Positions 48,271 through 61,668 of a stretch of DNA of 64,000 nucleotides are shown here, in pieces. Source of the DNA: Raillietiella orientalis (Eukaryota); the NCBI GenBank assembly GCA_036172245.1, contig JAYWIR010000005.1:124001-188000 (forward strand). Direction: 5' to 3'. Position numbers and translations under genes: made by a program. Below the pieces are notes generated by a model. It searched no databases. It was not told the origin of the DNA and worked only from the letters and a program-made list of their open reading frames with translations. The first letter of the stretch is position 1. Each line of letters begins with the position of its first letter.

Positions 48271-51200
48271 GCATAAGATCTGCAGCGGCCGTAACACCCT
48301 CGTGTGATTCACTGCAAGACCTCCTCGTCCAAGAGTACGAGGCCATCCCGTATCCTTGGACCAAGGATACATGCCTCCATACCCCCCCCCCCCTCCTCCC
48401 GTAAAAAAAAAGGTGAGACTCTCCCCGGAGTGTCGCCTGCACCTTGGACACCTTCCACGCTGGATCTGGGAACGTCACGACGGCGGCAGCAGCCAGTCGT
48501 CCCGGAAGAACCTTTCCGTCCCGAAGATCCTGGATTCCTCCCCCTCCGCGGACGCAGATTCCGCTCCAAGCTTCCCCTTCAGAGCCGCGCGCCGCGCTCG
48601 AAGTGACAGAGAGAGCAGCCAATCCCGCGAGGGCGCCTTCGCACGTGCCAGGGCGGACATGGAGGAAGACGGGCGGCCGCTTTTGTTCCTGCGGCTCCGT
48701 TGGGGACTTCCTGTTTCCGTTGTGGGCGAAAAACTTCCGCAGCAGCAGCATGAGACTGTGGGGATGGATGGACGGCCCACTGGGGGTCCGCCGGGCTGAC
48801 TGCCCACCACGGGGAGCGGAAGGAGGGCTGCGGCATGAACGCATCCCTCGCCTCTGCTGCGTTCCACGTACGATCAGTTCCCGCGTATTCCCTTCTGGAT
48901 GCAAGCTAGGATTTCTTGAGTGAATTCAGGAATCCAGAAAGGGTGGCCACCGCCTTCCTGATGTGTGCCGTCGGAAGAAGAGAAGCCGCGCGGAAAGAAT
49001 CCTTCGTTTTCTAGCGCGCAGGAAACAGAAGACTCAAGCGAAGGTTCCACGCTCCGTTCAGAGATGTCACGGCTCTCTTTCCCCTTCCCCCTCTGCGCGA
49101 AAAAAAAAACGCGCAGCCGTTAGCGCAAAAGATAAAGGAACATCTTCAAAGATGGCGAGCGTCGAGTTGGGTGGCAATCGAAGGAGAAGGGTTCTGGGCG
49201 CGAGATGATCAGGACGCAATGGGGGTCGGGGCACAGAATTCGCAGCCAGGTCGCATAGAGCCGCTCGTGAGAGGTCAGGAGACTCCTCGGGCTCAAGCTT
49301 TCCAAGAGGGAAAAAAGTGGGTATGGTCTGACTGTGGTATGGTCCGCCGAAGGAAAGAAAATCTCAGCGGATAGTGCGGACGGAAAGCAGAATGCAAACT
49401 GAAACTTGGAAGATGATCGTGGTCACGTGGCCAGTGAAACCTCCCCCACTGCCTGTGTGCGTGTGGCTGGAAAGGCGGTTTGTTTGTTCGGTCTCCAGAA
49501 CTGGTCCAGGGAAGAGATCGAATGTGGCAAGCTGGCAAGCCGCTTCCAGCTGATCGTCGGTCGTTTCACCACGCTCCAGCTTTGGCGTCCCGGGTTCGTT
49601 TAGCGTTCCTGTTGCATCCCATTTCTCATCTCAGCTGGATCCTTAAACTGGAGATGATCTCCATTAGGAAAAATGGCGTGACCCCTGAATGTCTCCATGG
49701 AGACGGCTATATGCATGTATATCTATTGGCATCTTTCCATTGGAGACGCGGTGCGTAGTTGGTGGCCGAAGGAGAGAAGGGTGACGGAACGAGGAGCCGA
49801 CCAGCACGACGGGGAAGGGCACGAACCACCACATCTGGCACGTCACCCCTAGAAACGTCTGCCACAATGGATCCGGAGCGGATCTCCTTGCCCTGCGAGC
49901 CATGGCCGCCGAGGTGCTCTGCAGCTGCAAGCGCTCCTCCTTTCTCTTCCGCAAGATGGACGCGAACCGACGGGTGGTTCGGAGATCTCCTCTCGACCAA
50001 AGGATCTCTGACGGCCAGTGATTTCCCAGAATGTGGTCCAGATCTGAGAACCTGCCGCCTCCGACCTCGGCATCCCAGGCAACAGGGAAAGAAGGTGCAA
50101 GTGAAATCTTCGCTTCCTTTCGCAGCGTCGGAGGCTGTGGGAAGGGTCAGACGACCCGCCTGACCCTTTCCGCAGTCTTCTCCGATCGACGATCTTCCGG
50201 TCAGCGTGGTGCAGAGTCCGTCTGGGGAGCGCCTCCGGTCTGGAGAGATGAAGGAAGTTGCCGAGGCACTCGGGAGGACCCTGGACCAAACGAACCTTCT
50301 CGACGGGGACCGTCCGCAGATCGAAGGCAACTGACCTCGGGGCCACCCATCCTAGCGAGCAGCACCTTCCGGGAAGGGTCGTCTGCCCCGTGCGGAGCCT
50401 CATGCTCGGCACCCCTGCCAACGAGAAGCGGCGACACCAAAAAGCACGCGGTTTCCCTCGACCCCGGGGGGTCCAGGCCCACAGAGACACCCACTCCTCG
50501 GTGATACCTCTCCCGAGAGGACGGAGGGAGGGACCTCTCCTGCTGCCCGGGTACACTCGCGAATCCCTCGAGAAAGAGACTTCTTCGTCCGTCTTGCGGC
50601 AACGGGAGCGTCAGGTACCACACCGGTCCATTCCGCAGCGCGCATATCTCCGTGCCAGTCGGTGCGCTCCACCTATTTTTAGTCTGTACGCTACTCTAAA
50701 TTTAGAGGTCTTCCCCGTATGCTGGATCGTCTTCAGCGTTGATTCAGGCTCGCGGGCCGAGCCCCTGGCACGTCCCGCACGCATCCACCGCGTCCAGCAG
50801 CTGCATCTTCCGGATCTGCAGGTTTCTCCCCCCCCCCTCCGCATTCTTGGCGTACCCGAGTTTTCTCTCGGCACGCGCTGAATTGGCGGCCAACTCGGCA
50901 GAGGAAGAGAGAGAAAGAGAGAGGGGGGGGGGGCACCTTCCGGAGTCACGTGACCTCATTATTTTCTTGCCAGTGTCTCTGCCGCCACTGCACTGGCGGC
51001 CAGAAGATTCCATCGCGTGGTTTCTCTCTCTCTCTCTCCCCTTCCCTCCCTCTCTTTTTCTTTTGGTCGGCGTCTCCGTGCTTCTTCAGCCTCCTTGCGT
51101 CGGGCAAAGGCCCGCCCGGAGTCCTCGATGCGGAAGTCGAAGACATGGATTGGAAATGGCGGTAGCCGAATAGGCCGCTCGGGGGAAGCGGATGGAGAGA

Positions 51201-53271
51201 AAGAAGGCAGAGGAGATGAAGGGCCAAGCCGAGCTCTCAAGAGCAGGCGGTGCCAAAAAAAGGAAACGGGGGAAGCAGTCAAGTGTGAGGACTGCGAAGA
51301 ATAATCTCCAAGCGGAGAGCTTTCGAGAAACATATGCCTTTGCCGTGCTCTCTATGTTCCCTTGCCGTGTTCCTTTCGTGGTCTTGACGCGCCCTCCCCT
51401 TGTTATTGCCATGTTCCTTTCGTGCCCTTTTCATCTGTCTTCGTGTTCTTTCCGTTCTCTTTCCATGTCCTTGCCTTGCTGTTTCCGTGCCTTTGCTGTT
51501 CTCTTTCCGTACCTTTGTGTGCTCTTGTCGTTCCCTTGTCGTTCCGTTTCCGTGTTCCTTGTGTGCTCTCACACCACCTCCCCTCAAAAAAAGAAAAGAA
51601 AAGAAAAAGAAAAAAAAGGAGCGAATAGGAAAACCTCGATTTGCCGCATCTCCGCTTCGTGGGATACGCTTTCCTGGAGGAGCTCCGAAGAGCAGCGCTC
51701 TTCTGTCTGAGGTCTTCCTTGTTGCGATCGTCCTCCCAGCCACGCCGGGCATGCGCGATGTGCGCCTTCACGCCCTCCCCGACCGCTGCTCGAACTCCGT
51801 GGCGATGGCCCACGGGAGCCCACGGTTCCGAGGAGGCGGAGATCGCCCGTCCGCTGGAAGCGAGACGAAATGGTGCTGCTGATGCTGAGAGGCATCGGCG
51901 AAAAATCGCTCCCGGCTTCTCCTTCCGGTCATCCATCGGGCGAACGCCCCGCGGAGCGCTGCTGTGCCCGGGTCCTGCACCCCGAGCGCTCCCGTCTTTC
52001 CGGCCCAAAAGAGGAACCTCAAAGTCGTCGGCGTGGCGCTGTCAGCGGCTCTCAGAGGAGAGGGTGCACGCAGGAGGGGAAGGAAGAGGAAAGAGGAAGA
52101 TCCTTGGGAGCAGGTGAAGTGCAGCGCGCTTCCTCGGGCGGTGCCGCGACCCTCGCGACGCGTCGTCGTCTGAGGATGCTGCAGGGTCGCTCAAGAGATC
52201 TCGGGCAAATCGGCACGCCGACCTCCCACGCTCCCGCCCTCTGCCATCTGCGGGGTGGGGAGGGCGGGGGAAACAGCCTGAAAGAGGGAGATCGGGGCCA
52301 CGGGGGAACTAGCGTCTGAAGCAGCAGCGCCGCTCGATCTCGAGCGCGTTCGGAGGGCTTCCAAGGTCATCCCGCCCGCAGCGAAACTTTCTCGGAGGAA
52401 CGGGAGCGACCACGCTCGGTGCCGGAAGCTGGGAGTGCGTCCGTGGCGATGGCGGCTCTGGCACCGGACAGCTACCCTAGGCGGGGAAGGTAGCCAGAGA
52501 CCATGGTCTCTGAATGAGGGAGGAGACGCTCCCAGGCAGCAGCCTCAGGGAAACCTGCGGGGCTCCAGCGGAACGGAAACGGAAGCAAAGCGGTCAGCTG
52601 CTACAAGGTCGCGCGTGCCTGCGCGGAGAAATCCATGGGAAAAGGGAGGGGGAGCGAGATGGGAATCCGTAGCGGGGTGGAGGAAGAGCCAGACTGCCTC
52701 GGGGAGGATTTTCCATCTTCGGCTGTGTGTGTAGACCCCGTCTTTTCCCGTCTCCGCCTCAGCGGGCAGGCGGGGAGGAGGGCGTGCCGGAATTCCGAGG
52801 CTCGCGCGCTCCAGAGGGCCGAGAAAAAGTCAGGCGGCCCTCTCTGCCTGCTCCGGCCCGATCTGAACACCAACCTCTTGGCGGGTCCCTGGCCAGGGCC
52901 TCCGCTCTGCCACAGGGCGCAGCCCAGAGACGACCTTTCCTTCCGCCTGCTGGCCGATCGGGCGGGCGTCCCTCTCACCAATTTGGCGCCGGAAGCAAGG
53001 GGCCGGCTGGCGGCGGCCTGGACCACCCCAATGCTGCGGCATCAGGGGAGCCAGCTTTGTCATCGGGATGCAGGTCTCGGTGACGCAGCGAGCGGACTTG
53101 GTTCCCATGGAGTCGAGGAGAGCCGGAAGTCACCCACGGGCACGGGACGAGGTCTTGTTCCAAGTCTTCCTGAGTCTTCCTGCCCCAGCCGTCTCGTTCT
53201 CTTGACCATGGAATCGTTTCCAAGTATCCTCCGTCCGCATCCGCATCCGTTGGCACCAGTTCTTCTGGTGC

Positions 53272-53702
53272 GTAGACCTCCCGGGCGTTCCCTCCATCAA
53301 GAGGACGCCCCACCCTATCGGTTCAATCTGTGGATAGCGCAGCAACATGTTGGATGTCGGCTTCAACCACATGACGTCTCATTTTGTCATTATCTCCACA
53401 GTCACCATCTTCACCATCATCTTCACCAGTTATTCTGGAGTGTAGATCTCCCGAACGTTCCCTCCATCGAGAGAAGTTCCCTCCCTTTTTCTTCCTTTCT
53501 TCTCCTCCTCTTCCCATTTTCTTCCATCTCTCCTTTCTTTCCTTCTCTTCTTCCTTCCTTATTCTTCCACCCCTTCTTTCTTTCGTTCTCCTCCTTCCAT
53601 CTTCTTTCTTTCGTCCATCGAGAGGACGCCTCATCCTATCGGTTCAATCTGTGGATGCCGCGGCCATGTTGGATGTCGACGACAACTACATGGAGCCTCA
53701 TT
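53272..53702 (+). repeat. Degenerate tandem/direct repeat (~165-170 bp period; ~90-bp copies at 53293-53383 and 53614-53702)
   Basis: tccatc(a/g)agaggacgcc(c/t)ca(c/t)cctatcggttcaatctgtggat...catgttggatgtcg...acatg...ctcatt occurs twice. A partial middle unit gtagatctcccgaacgttccctccatcgagag lies at ~53440. Confidence 0.85.
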
Positions 53703-54709
53703 CTGTAGAGGTCGTGGTTTCGAGGTCTCCAGCTCTCGCATCACCTCCTCGTTTTGGGGTTTCGGGAGCCCCCAAAGGGTCACCGTCACCCAGTCTGGAG
53801 GTCATCCCTTGTTGAAGGGGAGGCAGCGACGCGGTCTTTCTCGAGCATCCTTGAGAAGGCGTCAGAGCGCATCCCTCAGAGGGGCAGGCTCAGTGCAGGA
53901 TGGCTGACTCCCGGCCTTCTCATCCTGAGCGGCGGCAGGTCCTTGGGAGTCCACTCTAGGAGTGCACTTCTTGCAGGGGACCATGTTAGCGGCTCTCTTC
54001 AGCTGCCATCCTCGAACCGCCGAAGGGCAGTGCAGTTTTTAGGGAGCAGAGCTGACGTTCTCAGTCCGCCCTCCCTTTGCCCGGCAGAGGAACGGAACGG
54101 TCATTCCGCGAGCCGACGCATCCTTCTGCGGTGGCGCATTGCCGGCCTGCCCGCTCCCAGGTAAGCAGTGCCATCTCGTGTTGACGAGGGAAAGCTTCTC
54201 CACGCGACTGAAGCCTTCAGGGGATGCATCGAGGAAGGGCAGCCGTGGGCGCCGCTGCAAACTGCGGAGATCGCTGGATCCGCTCAATCTTCCGAAAGTG
54301 TGACGAGGGCGGCGTTCGGAAGGGGCGATCCCCGGCTGTTCCTCTTCCAGCACCTTCCCTCTCTCCGGAGGAGCACGCGCTGCCGCGGCACCACCTTCCG
54401 AGAGGAGCCTGGAGACCTTCCGACTTCGATGAGGGTTGGGAAGCTCCGGCTGCCACGGGAGCGAGAGTGGAAGCCTCCCTTGATGATGAACTTGGGAAAA
54501 CCCTCAATTCACCCCCGGGTAAGGAGGAGAGCATTCGCTTCGGGACTGAAGGCTGCTCCCCAGATAACTGATCGCTTCTTCGGCTCCGGGAAAGGGATAT
54601 TCCGCTCCAGGAGCTCGGAGCGAATCCTGGGAACGCAGGAGTAAATCGGGCGTGGGGTGATCGATCGCGCGAAGAACGGAAACTCTGCTGAAGAGGAGCA
54701 AAGGTGCCG

Positions 54710-57290
54710 ATCATTTATTTACCGGAAGCTCTCCGAGAGGTAAACACGGATCCCTGAGCCTCCGTCAGTGGCCTGGAAAATTCGTACTGCCCGAAGATTG
54801 AAAACTGCTCCAGAGTACCGCGGGGAGCACCACATTTAAGAGGAGGGGGATTGCAAGACGAACGAAAAAACGAGGAGGAGGAAGACGAGGAGGAGGAGGA
54901 GGAGGAGAGTGCGTCGACCCTAAAGGAACCGATGTTACGATGCAGAGCACCATCCTTCTCCTCCTCCTCTTCATTCCTCTTTCCACTTCATCTCCACTTC
55001 TTCCTCCTCCCTTGTTCCTCTTCCTCCTCCATTCCTCTTGAGTAGCTGAGGTGAGAGCCTTCATCTAGACGAGATGTTCCGATGATCCCTCGAGGGACTT
55101 CCTTAGCAGCGGACCACGGATCCAGGTGGTCCAGTGAGACGAACGCAGATCGTGCCGTTCTTCCCGTCTTTTGCTTATCCCGGGGAGTAGCTTCTCCGCA
55201 CCTCCTTTCGGGTCACCGCTGCTCCTGAGGAAACGCGGGATTGAGGAGGGGAAAGGCCCCGAAGAGGGAATGAACGGAGGAAGGGAGGAAAGGAAAAGTA
55301 GAAAGGGAAGCAAATCAAGGGAATATGGAAGGAAGGGAGGAAGGATCCCCCGTCAGCCTCGGAAGTGATCCGCTGGTTTCCAGAAGCGGGAGAGAATTCT
55401 CTACTAGCTCGCAAGCTGCGTTTCCCGGGAAGCCCTGCTTCGGCGGGAAGACTCCTCGGTTCATGAGTTCTGCGCGTCTGCACCTCGCCTTCCTGCTCGG
55501 GCATAAAGGAAATTCTCCGAGGGCAGCTTCCAGCTGATAGTCTCGTCGCCATGGAGCTACCTCTCTTTTTATGCCGCGGAGGGTGGCGTAGAATGAGATT
55601 TTTCCAGCGGGGTGCTTCCGTTTCCACGACAGCGGCAACTCCACGAGAGTGCCAAGAGGCTTGGCAGGAAATTCCTCATGTTAGCATCACCCAGAATGCG
55701 GTTTCCCAGGAGAAAGTAGGGGATGGGTGAAGCGACGGTGCTGGTGTACAGCCTCTCCCTGCGCCGGAGCATGCGGGGTCGTTGAGGCGTGCGATCCGTC
55801 GCCGCTCCCTTTCGGCTCGCATCTCGATGGCAAGGATCCGGGAACCCTTCCCGGAAGCTGGCATCCCTGTACTGGAAACACGGAGATGGGGCGGTATCCT
55901 GAAGAGCGCGGGATCTCCAGTATTGGCTCTCCTCCGCGGATGAGCGTCCTTCCGGAAGGAGCCGCCGTCGCCTCTGCCCGGCGCTGACAATGCCGGAGGC
56001 GTTCGAGCGAGCTCGTGTCCTGACCCCGACATGGAAGGGGTCATAGACGGTTGACTGGACACCGCTTCCCTGTCAGCTCTTCCCGGCCGCAGCAGCGAGG
56101 CCGCCGCAGCTTCTGCAGAAGCGGCCCGCCTGCACAAGGGACTCTAAGGGGTTTATCAACCCTGAACTCTTCGACCTCCTTCGGCCGTCGGTTTTCTCCG
56201 CGCCGGTCAGACAGCGGGCAAGCGCGTAATCCCGTCCGGTGGGGACCCGACAATGGAAATCCTTGGGTTTTTCTTTTTCTTCTGTCTTAGCTGTTTTCCT
56301 TCCAGCTTTTTTTTTTTTTTAAGAGTTTTCTTTTTTTTGGTTCGCTGAGTACCTCAGAGCCGGTCGCGTGCCTCACGGCGCACGTGGCTCTTTTTAAACA
56401 TTAAACACACTGTTTTGTTTCCACGCCCCTCCGTCCGCGGCAACCCGCAGGGGGGCGTGTAATTCTTGAGTGTAATTCTTCAGGATAGGGGGCACCCCGG
56501 GATGGGGGTCCGCCCTATGAATCCAGGAAGGGCTCGGAGTTCGTTCCTCCCACGCTTGGGGAGGGATCCTCCCCGGACGGGGGGGATCGCACCTCCCACC
56601 TTGGTTGCCTCCGAAGGGGAACCGCGAAGGGAATCTCCTTCCTCATTCTCTCCGGAGGGACACCCCCCATTAGGGGGGTGGTCCTCTCCATTTCAACTTC
56701 TCCGAAGGAAACACGCAAAGGATCCGCTTGTAGGAATTTCTTCTCCGGAGGGAATTCGCAAGGGAACCGCTCCTGCTCACTCCTCTGAAGAGAACCATGA
56801 AGGGACGCTTCGGAAACTCAGAAGGGGCGCTGCAGCTTCCCGCAGGGATCGCTCTCGCTTGCTTCCTTGTGCACTCTGTGAAGAGGCGACGACTCGGAGG
56901 GTCCCCCCCGCAACGGGGAGAGTCCGCTCCTTTAAACAACCGGAGAGGTGCCTGTGAAGGCTCCTGATCCATCTTGAAACAGGAGGCGGTCCCCCGGTGA
57001 CGGGGGTCCGCTCTCCGTTGCACGACAGGAGGGGGAACTCCCACGCCTTTATTCCTGGGAGGACCCGAAGGTCGACTCCTATTGTTCTGGCCTTCATCGG
57101 GGGGTCTCCTGCTTTATCCACCACTAGGGCCACTCCCCAATGTCTCGGTCAACCAGCGCCATTGCAGTAGAAACTCGGAACCCAACAACGCAGTGGCGTC
57201 AGTTTCTGCCGCAGTATTCGAACCCGCGACCCATGGCGCAGAAGCCTTAACCACAAAGTCCCCGACGCGCGAAGCGTCTCTTCGACCCTC
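54710..57290 (+). repeat. Copy B of the GC-rich dispersed unit (core 56253-57230)
   Basis: Same ordered motifs as copy A, ~9 kb downstream and in the same orientation. Boundaries approximate. Confidence 0.75.
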
Positions 57291-59309
57291 GAGGACGCAT
57301 CGCTCCGCCGGTCGGGGCGAAAGGGCGGACCCGTCCTCTGGAAATCATCGAGCCGCGCGCGCTCCTTGGACGCGGTGCTCACCGGGATGAGGCGAAGAGC
57401 TGTCAGTTGTCGTCCGGGAGCGCTCGTCAGGAACATCTGGCTGCTCCCTCCTTCCAACCTCTCGTGGAAGTTGTCAGCCGCAGATCAGGGAGACTAGGTC
57501 GACTTCAGCCTATCCCGTCTCGGGCTACAAGTTCGGATGAGGCGGAGAAGAGGGAGAGGAGAACAGGACGAGGTGGGTTGTCGGAAGAGTCCAGAGGAAG
57601 GGAGGAAGGGGTGTTTCCTCCGTACGAGCGTCGGCGAAACCCACGAAATTTACCAGCAGCGTCCGGTGGTCGTCTATTCGCGAAGGACTTCCAAAGTCTC
57701 AGGGGGCCTCGCAGAATGGGCAGCTGCTCCGCCAAGTCCAAGGTGCGATCAAGGTGTTGACCTTGATCTTCCGTGAGTCGTCTGCGGACCATCTGACACC
57801 TCCACACTCGCCACAAGGACTGCTCGTCGCAGACTTCCGGGAGGTCAGGGAAACGCGTGGCGTCCGCGGGCCGGATCGCCCCGCGCCGCGCCCGAAGGCT
57901 CGAGGCTTTTGCTTGTCCCGAAGCTTGACGGAGGTGGCAGGGCCCGTCTCTGGAGGGAGGAAGGAAGGTCCCAGCACTCCCACCTGACCTGTCCACTCGA
58001 CGCCGGAGGAGTAGCGACGACGCCGTCGCTCCAGGACCACCACAACGAGTTTCGTTGCGGCATGATCCGACAGATGACAGCTTCACTCCGCTGGCCGCTA
58101 TAGACCAAGGACCCGTACCGAATGCCCGAACCTGAGGTTCCTCTCGTCCTGAGCAGCGTTTCCATCGCGACGACCATTCATCAGAGGAATGAATCCGATC
58201 TTTCCCTCGACGTTCGGCTTTCAGCTGGGCGAACATCCGGATGGAAAGACTCGAAAATATCCTGGTGATGGCGGAATCTTCATTACTCAGCCAGATGCTG
58301 TTTGTCGGCTTTTTCTGGTACTTCACGCTCCCCGGGAAACACCTGAAAAACCATCGTGCTCACAATCTCTGTTCGCTACCACCAAAGGGAACGAGAAATC
58401 CAGGAGGACCTTTTTTCATGCGGGAGCAGCCCTGGAGGCTTCCGCGTCTGTGGTGCGGCGCGCAGCTTTCGTCGAGTGCGCGGAACGGTAAACAACGCTC
58501 CTTTATCATCGGTGATGGAGCACGGCAGAGCTGAAATCCGGTCGTGGGGTTGCGCGTTTGGATGTGGTCCGTTAGTCTCGCTACGCGGGAATAAGAGCGA
58601 GCTGTAACACCCTGTCTTCTCGGCGATACTTCTGCAGCTGACCGAAAGCTCCCGAGGAGCTGAGGAGTCAAGGAAGTCTTCCGTGCAAGGTCCGAGGAAC
58701 AAAGAACACGCGGCTTTTTTTTCTTCTCGTGCGTGGCAGGCCACTTTAGTACGGTTCTCGCAATGCAGATGGCACCAGCGTCTCCTCCGCTTGCCTTCTC
58801 CGTTTTCGAGAGCAAAGTATCAAGTGTCATCCAGGATCTGCGAGGAATTTCTAGACACTCCTGATAGATAGAGGATTTTGCTGCTGGCTCTCGACATCTT
58901 CACCTCATCGGCGCGTGTCTCTTACGTTCCAATGAACTGTGGGTGCCGCGTGCTTATCGAAAGTGAAAGTCGTGTGCACAGCTGAATGGCAAGACGAGCA
59001 AAGAAACGAAGCTCGGAGGCGGTGGCCATTCGATTTCGTTTCCTTCTTTCCAGAGTGGCACGAGCGTGTCCCCAAGAGGAGGCCGCCGCTGGATGCGCTG
59101 GACTTTTCTGCAGGAGGCTTTGTTCCTGATCAGCGCTCGGGGAGGGCGTGGCTGGGGTACCCGTTCAGGGACGGTCGGCTCTCGTTGTCGCAAAGTTTGA
59201 GCTCCAGATCGATCCCTGGGTGTCTGCTACCGAGGCTCCTGCTCTCCGAGTCGCTTCCCGCTTCCTCTCGAGCGCGCTCGCCGGCGAACGACCTTACCCG
59301 CGCCGTTCC

Positions 59310-60080
59310 AGACACCCTAGGGTCCCCAGGGAGACCGTGCGGAGGAGCGCCATTCCTCTCTTTCCCCTTCTGGCTTTCTCCCGCGTGCCTGGGGAAGCCA
59401 CAAACACATGGATCAGGAAGGATGGATCCCCACCAGCCTTCCACCACTCCCCAAGGGAAGTGAGGAGCAGCGACAACATGGCAGAGGTCGGGGGTGTCCT
59501 GCTGCCGGTCGCGAAGTCGCAACCGGCAGCAGGACAGAAGTCAGGAGGTCGGGACGCTGCGAACCCCGAGAGTCTCACCCGGAGGACTTCTGCGCTGGGA
59601 CGAGCAGCTCCCTGTCCCTCCGGAGGATGAGGTGCCCCTCCGGAGTGCGAGAAGCGTGCTGCTCCCTTTGGGGAGAAATCGGGAAGCATCCCTTCGGAGT
59701 TCTCTTCAGAGGAGGAGGAAACCAGGAACGGCTTCACTGAGGGTTCCCTCCGGAAAAGAGATAATGGAGTGATCCCCTCTGGGAGGTCCACCCAGAGAGA
59801 ATAAGGACGAGGTGGTTCCCTTCGGGTTTCCCTCCCAAGCATAGGAAGAGCGGACTCCTTCCTTTGTAGCCTGGATTCATAGAATGGTCCCTCCTGGTGG
59901 TTGCCCCCTGACCTGAAGAGTCACACGCACGCACCCTCGGGTGGCTTCGAACCGGGTCAAGGAGCCTCGTGAGACTCCTTAAGGGGGCAGGCGGCTCTTG
60001 AGCACCCCTTGAGAACCAAAAAAAGAAAAAGCCGAAAGGGAAGCAGCAACAACAGAAGAACCCAAAAGAATTTTCCATCG
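59310..60080 (-). repeat. Copy C (inverted) of the GC-rich dispersed unit
   Basis: Minus strand reads atggaaaattcttttggg..., tttcttttttttggtt-like tract, gccacccgagggtgcgtg (identical to 47405-47422), ctatgaatccagg, cgaagggaa, tcctctgaagagaac in the same order as copies A/B. Confidence 0.75.
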
Positions 60081-60807
60081 TCCTCGGCCATAGTAATGAA
60101 GTGGCCCGCAGTGTGCTGGGACGTGGCGTCTCCCTCCCCACCTCCCTCCATTGCGTGGAAGGAGTGGGCGTTGCTGATCTTGCATTGATGCGCGCCTTCA
60201 CCATCGGACCCGGGGGAGGTGCGGTTTTTGAGTGGTACAGGAGCGGGGACCCTCCCTCACCTGTCTCTAGGCTGTACTGCCCCCTCCGACCCCTTTGGGA
60301 TCGCCAAGAGACGATCCTTGGGATCCCGGTGGGTGGCCCTGGGGGCTTTTTTGAAACGACTCTTCCTGCGTGCCGTCACCCCCCGGTCCCTCGTAGCTCT
60401 CCGCTGTCCCGTTTGCAGGACGGTGGCGGCGGCTCGGGGTTCAGGGTAGAAGAGGCTGGAATGGAAGGGATGCCGTCCAATGGATGGGATTCTTCTCGAG
60501 GACTATCACGAGATTGTCTCACTTGGGGACAGCATCCAGAACGCGAACCTTCCAGTATCCCGGACAGGATGCAAGGGACTCTTGGCAGCGAACTGCGACC
60601 CCCTTCCCCAATCCCCCTCCCTCTCTTCCTAGGTAAAATTCCCCGACCTCCCCCCCCCTTTTTTCGCCTGTCTGTTTCTTTTTCGTTTTCGGTCTTCCTT
60701 TCCCTTTCGCTGCCGAAGTGGACCTTGCCGGTCTGCGTACCGGGAATCGGCAGGCTCCACGTGATCTCTTTCCGCACGTGGAGCTGCGTGTTCTACCACA
60801 AAAGTGC

Positions 60808-60965
60808 ATTATCATTGTTATTGCTGTTGTTGTTATCGTAAATATGGTTAACGTTATTGTTGTTGTTGCTATTATTATTATTGTTAAAATCATTGTTGTC
60901 GTTGTTATTGTTATTGCTATTGTTGCTATTATTATTATTGTTGTCATTACCATTACTGTCATTTT
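60808..60965. repeat. Imperfect trinucleotide microsatellite (TTG/TTA)n = (AAC/AAT)n
   Basis: ~160 bp of ttgttg/ttatta/ttgcta units, a sharp AT-rich island in GC-rich DNA. Produces poly-N/poly-L/poly-V artefact ORFs. Confidence 0.95.
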
Positions 60966-61668
60966 GTAATAGGCGTCCCAGGCAAAACCGGGTGGAAAAC
61001 GTGCCTTCCGTTTTCGTCTGTCTCCGTGGAGGGGAGACGGACAGCGGGTGAGGGTCAGAAGATGCCATTCTTTTCCACTCGCGATCCGGAAGTCCCCACG
61101 AGCGTCCAGGGAGATTTGAAGGGATCATCCGCGAGGAAAGGTGCCGTCTCGGAAGCAGTGCTACGGCAGTTCGACAGGGCGCCATGGCGATTAGCGGTTG
61201 GGGCGCAAAATTACGCCTCTCCACCCCCGCCTCTCCGCACCCCCTTCCCCTGGGGAATGCACCTTCGTCCCTGGTCACGCGCGCTGCAACGGCTCCAGCA
61301 CCTTCCAGAGGGACGTCATGGTTCGTTGTGTCGCGGACTGCCCTCAGTCCGCTCTGGTCGGTGGGAGTTGCTACCCCGCCGGAAACTCCCCGAGAGGCAA
61401 AGGTAGATCGGCGTCTCGCGCGGCGTTCCGGACGTAGAGGAAGCTGCGGTCACCATGGTGTTGGTCTGGGACCCCAGAACCGCAGCTGACCACTCAGTGC
61501 GTCGGAGCGTGCGCAGTCCCCCTCGAGGGGACACGGCGGGCCGCTCCGGGTCGCAGGGATTTCGCCGCGGGGCGACGACGCGGACACCACCCTGCTCAGC
61601 CGTCGCGCGCCTCCCCTCGGTGCGTCCCGCGCTTTAAACCTCTCCGCTCCCTGCCGCCGCCATCCGCT

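Noticed and set aside
60519..61278. Poly-Asn, poly-Leu, poly-Val/Ile and poly-Thr ORFs
   Set aside because: Translations of the (AAC/AAT)n microsatellite.
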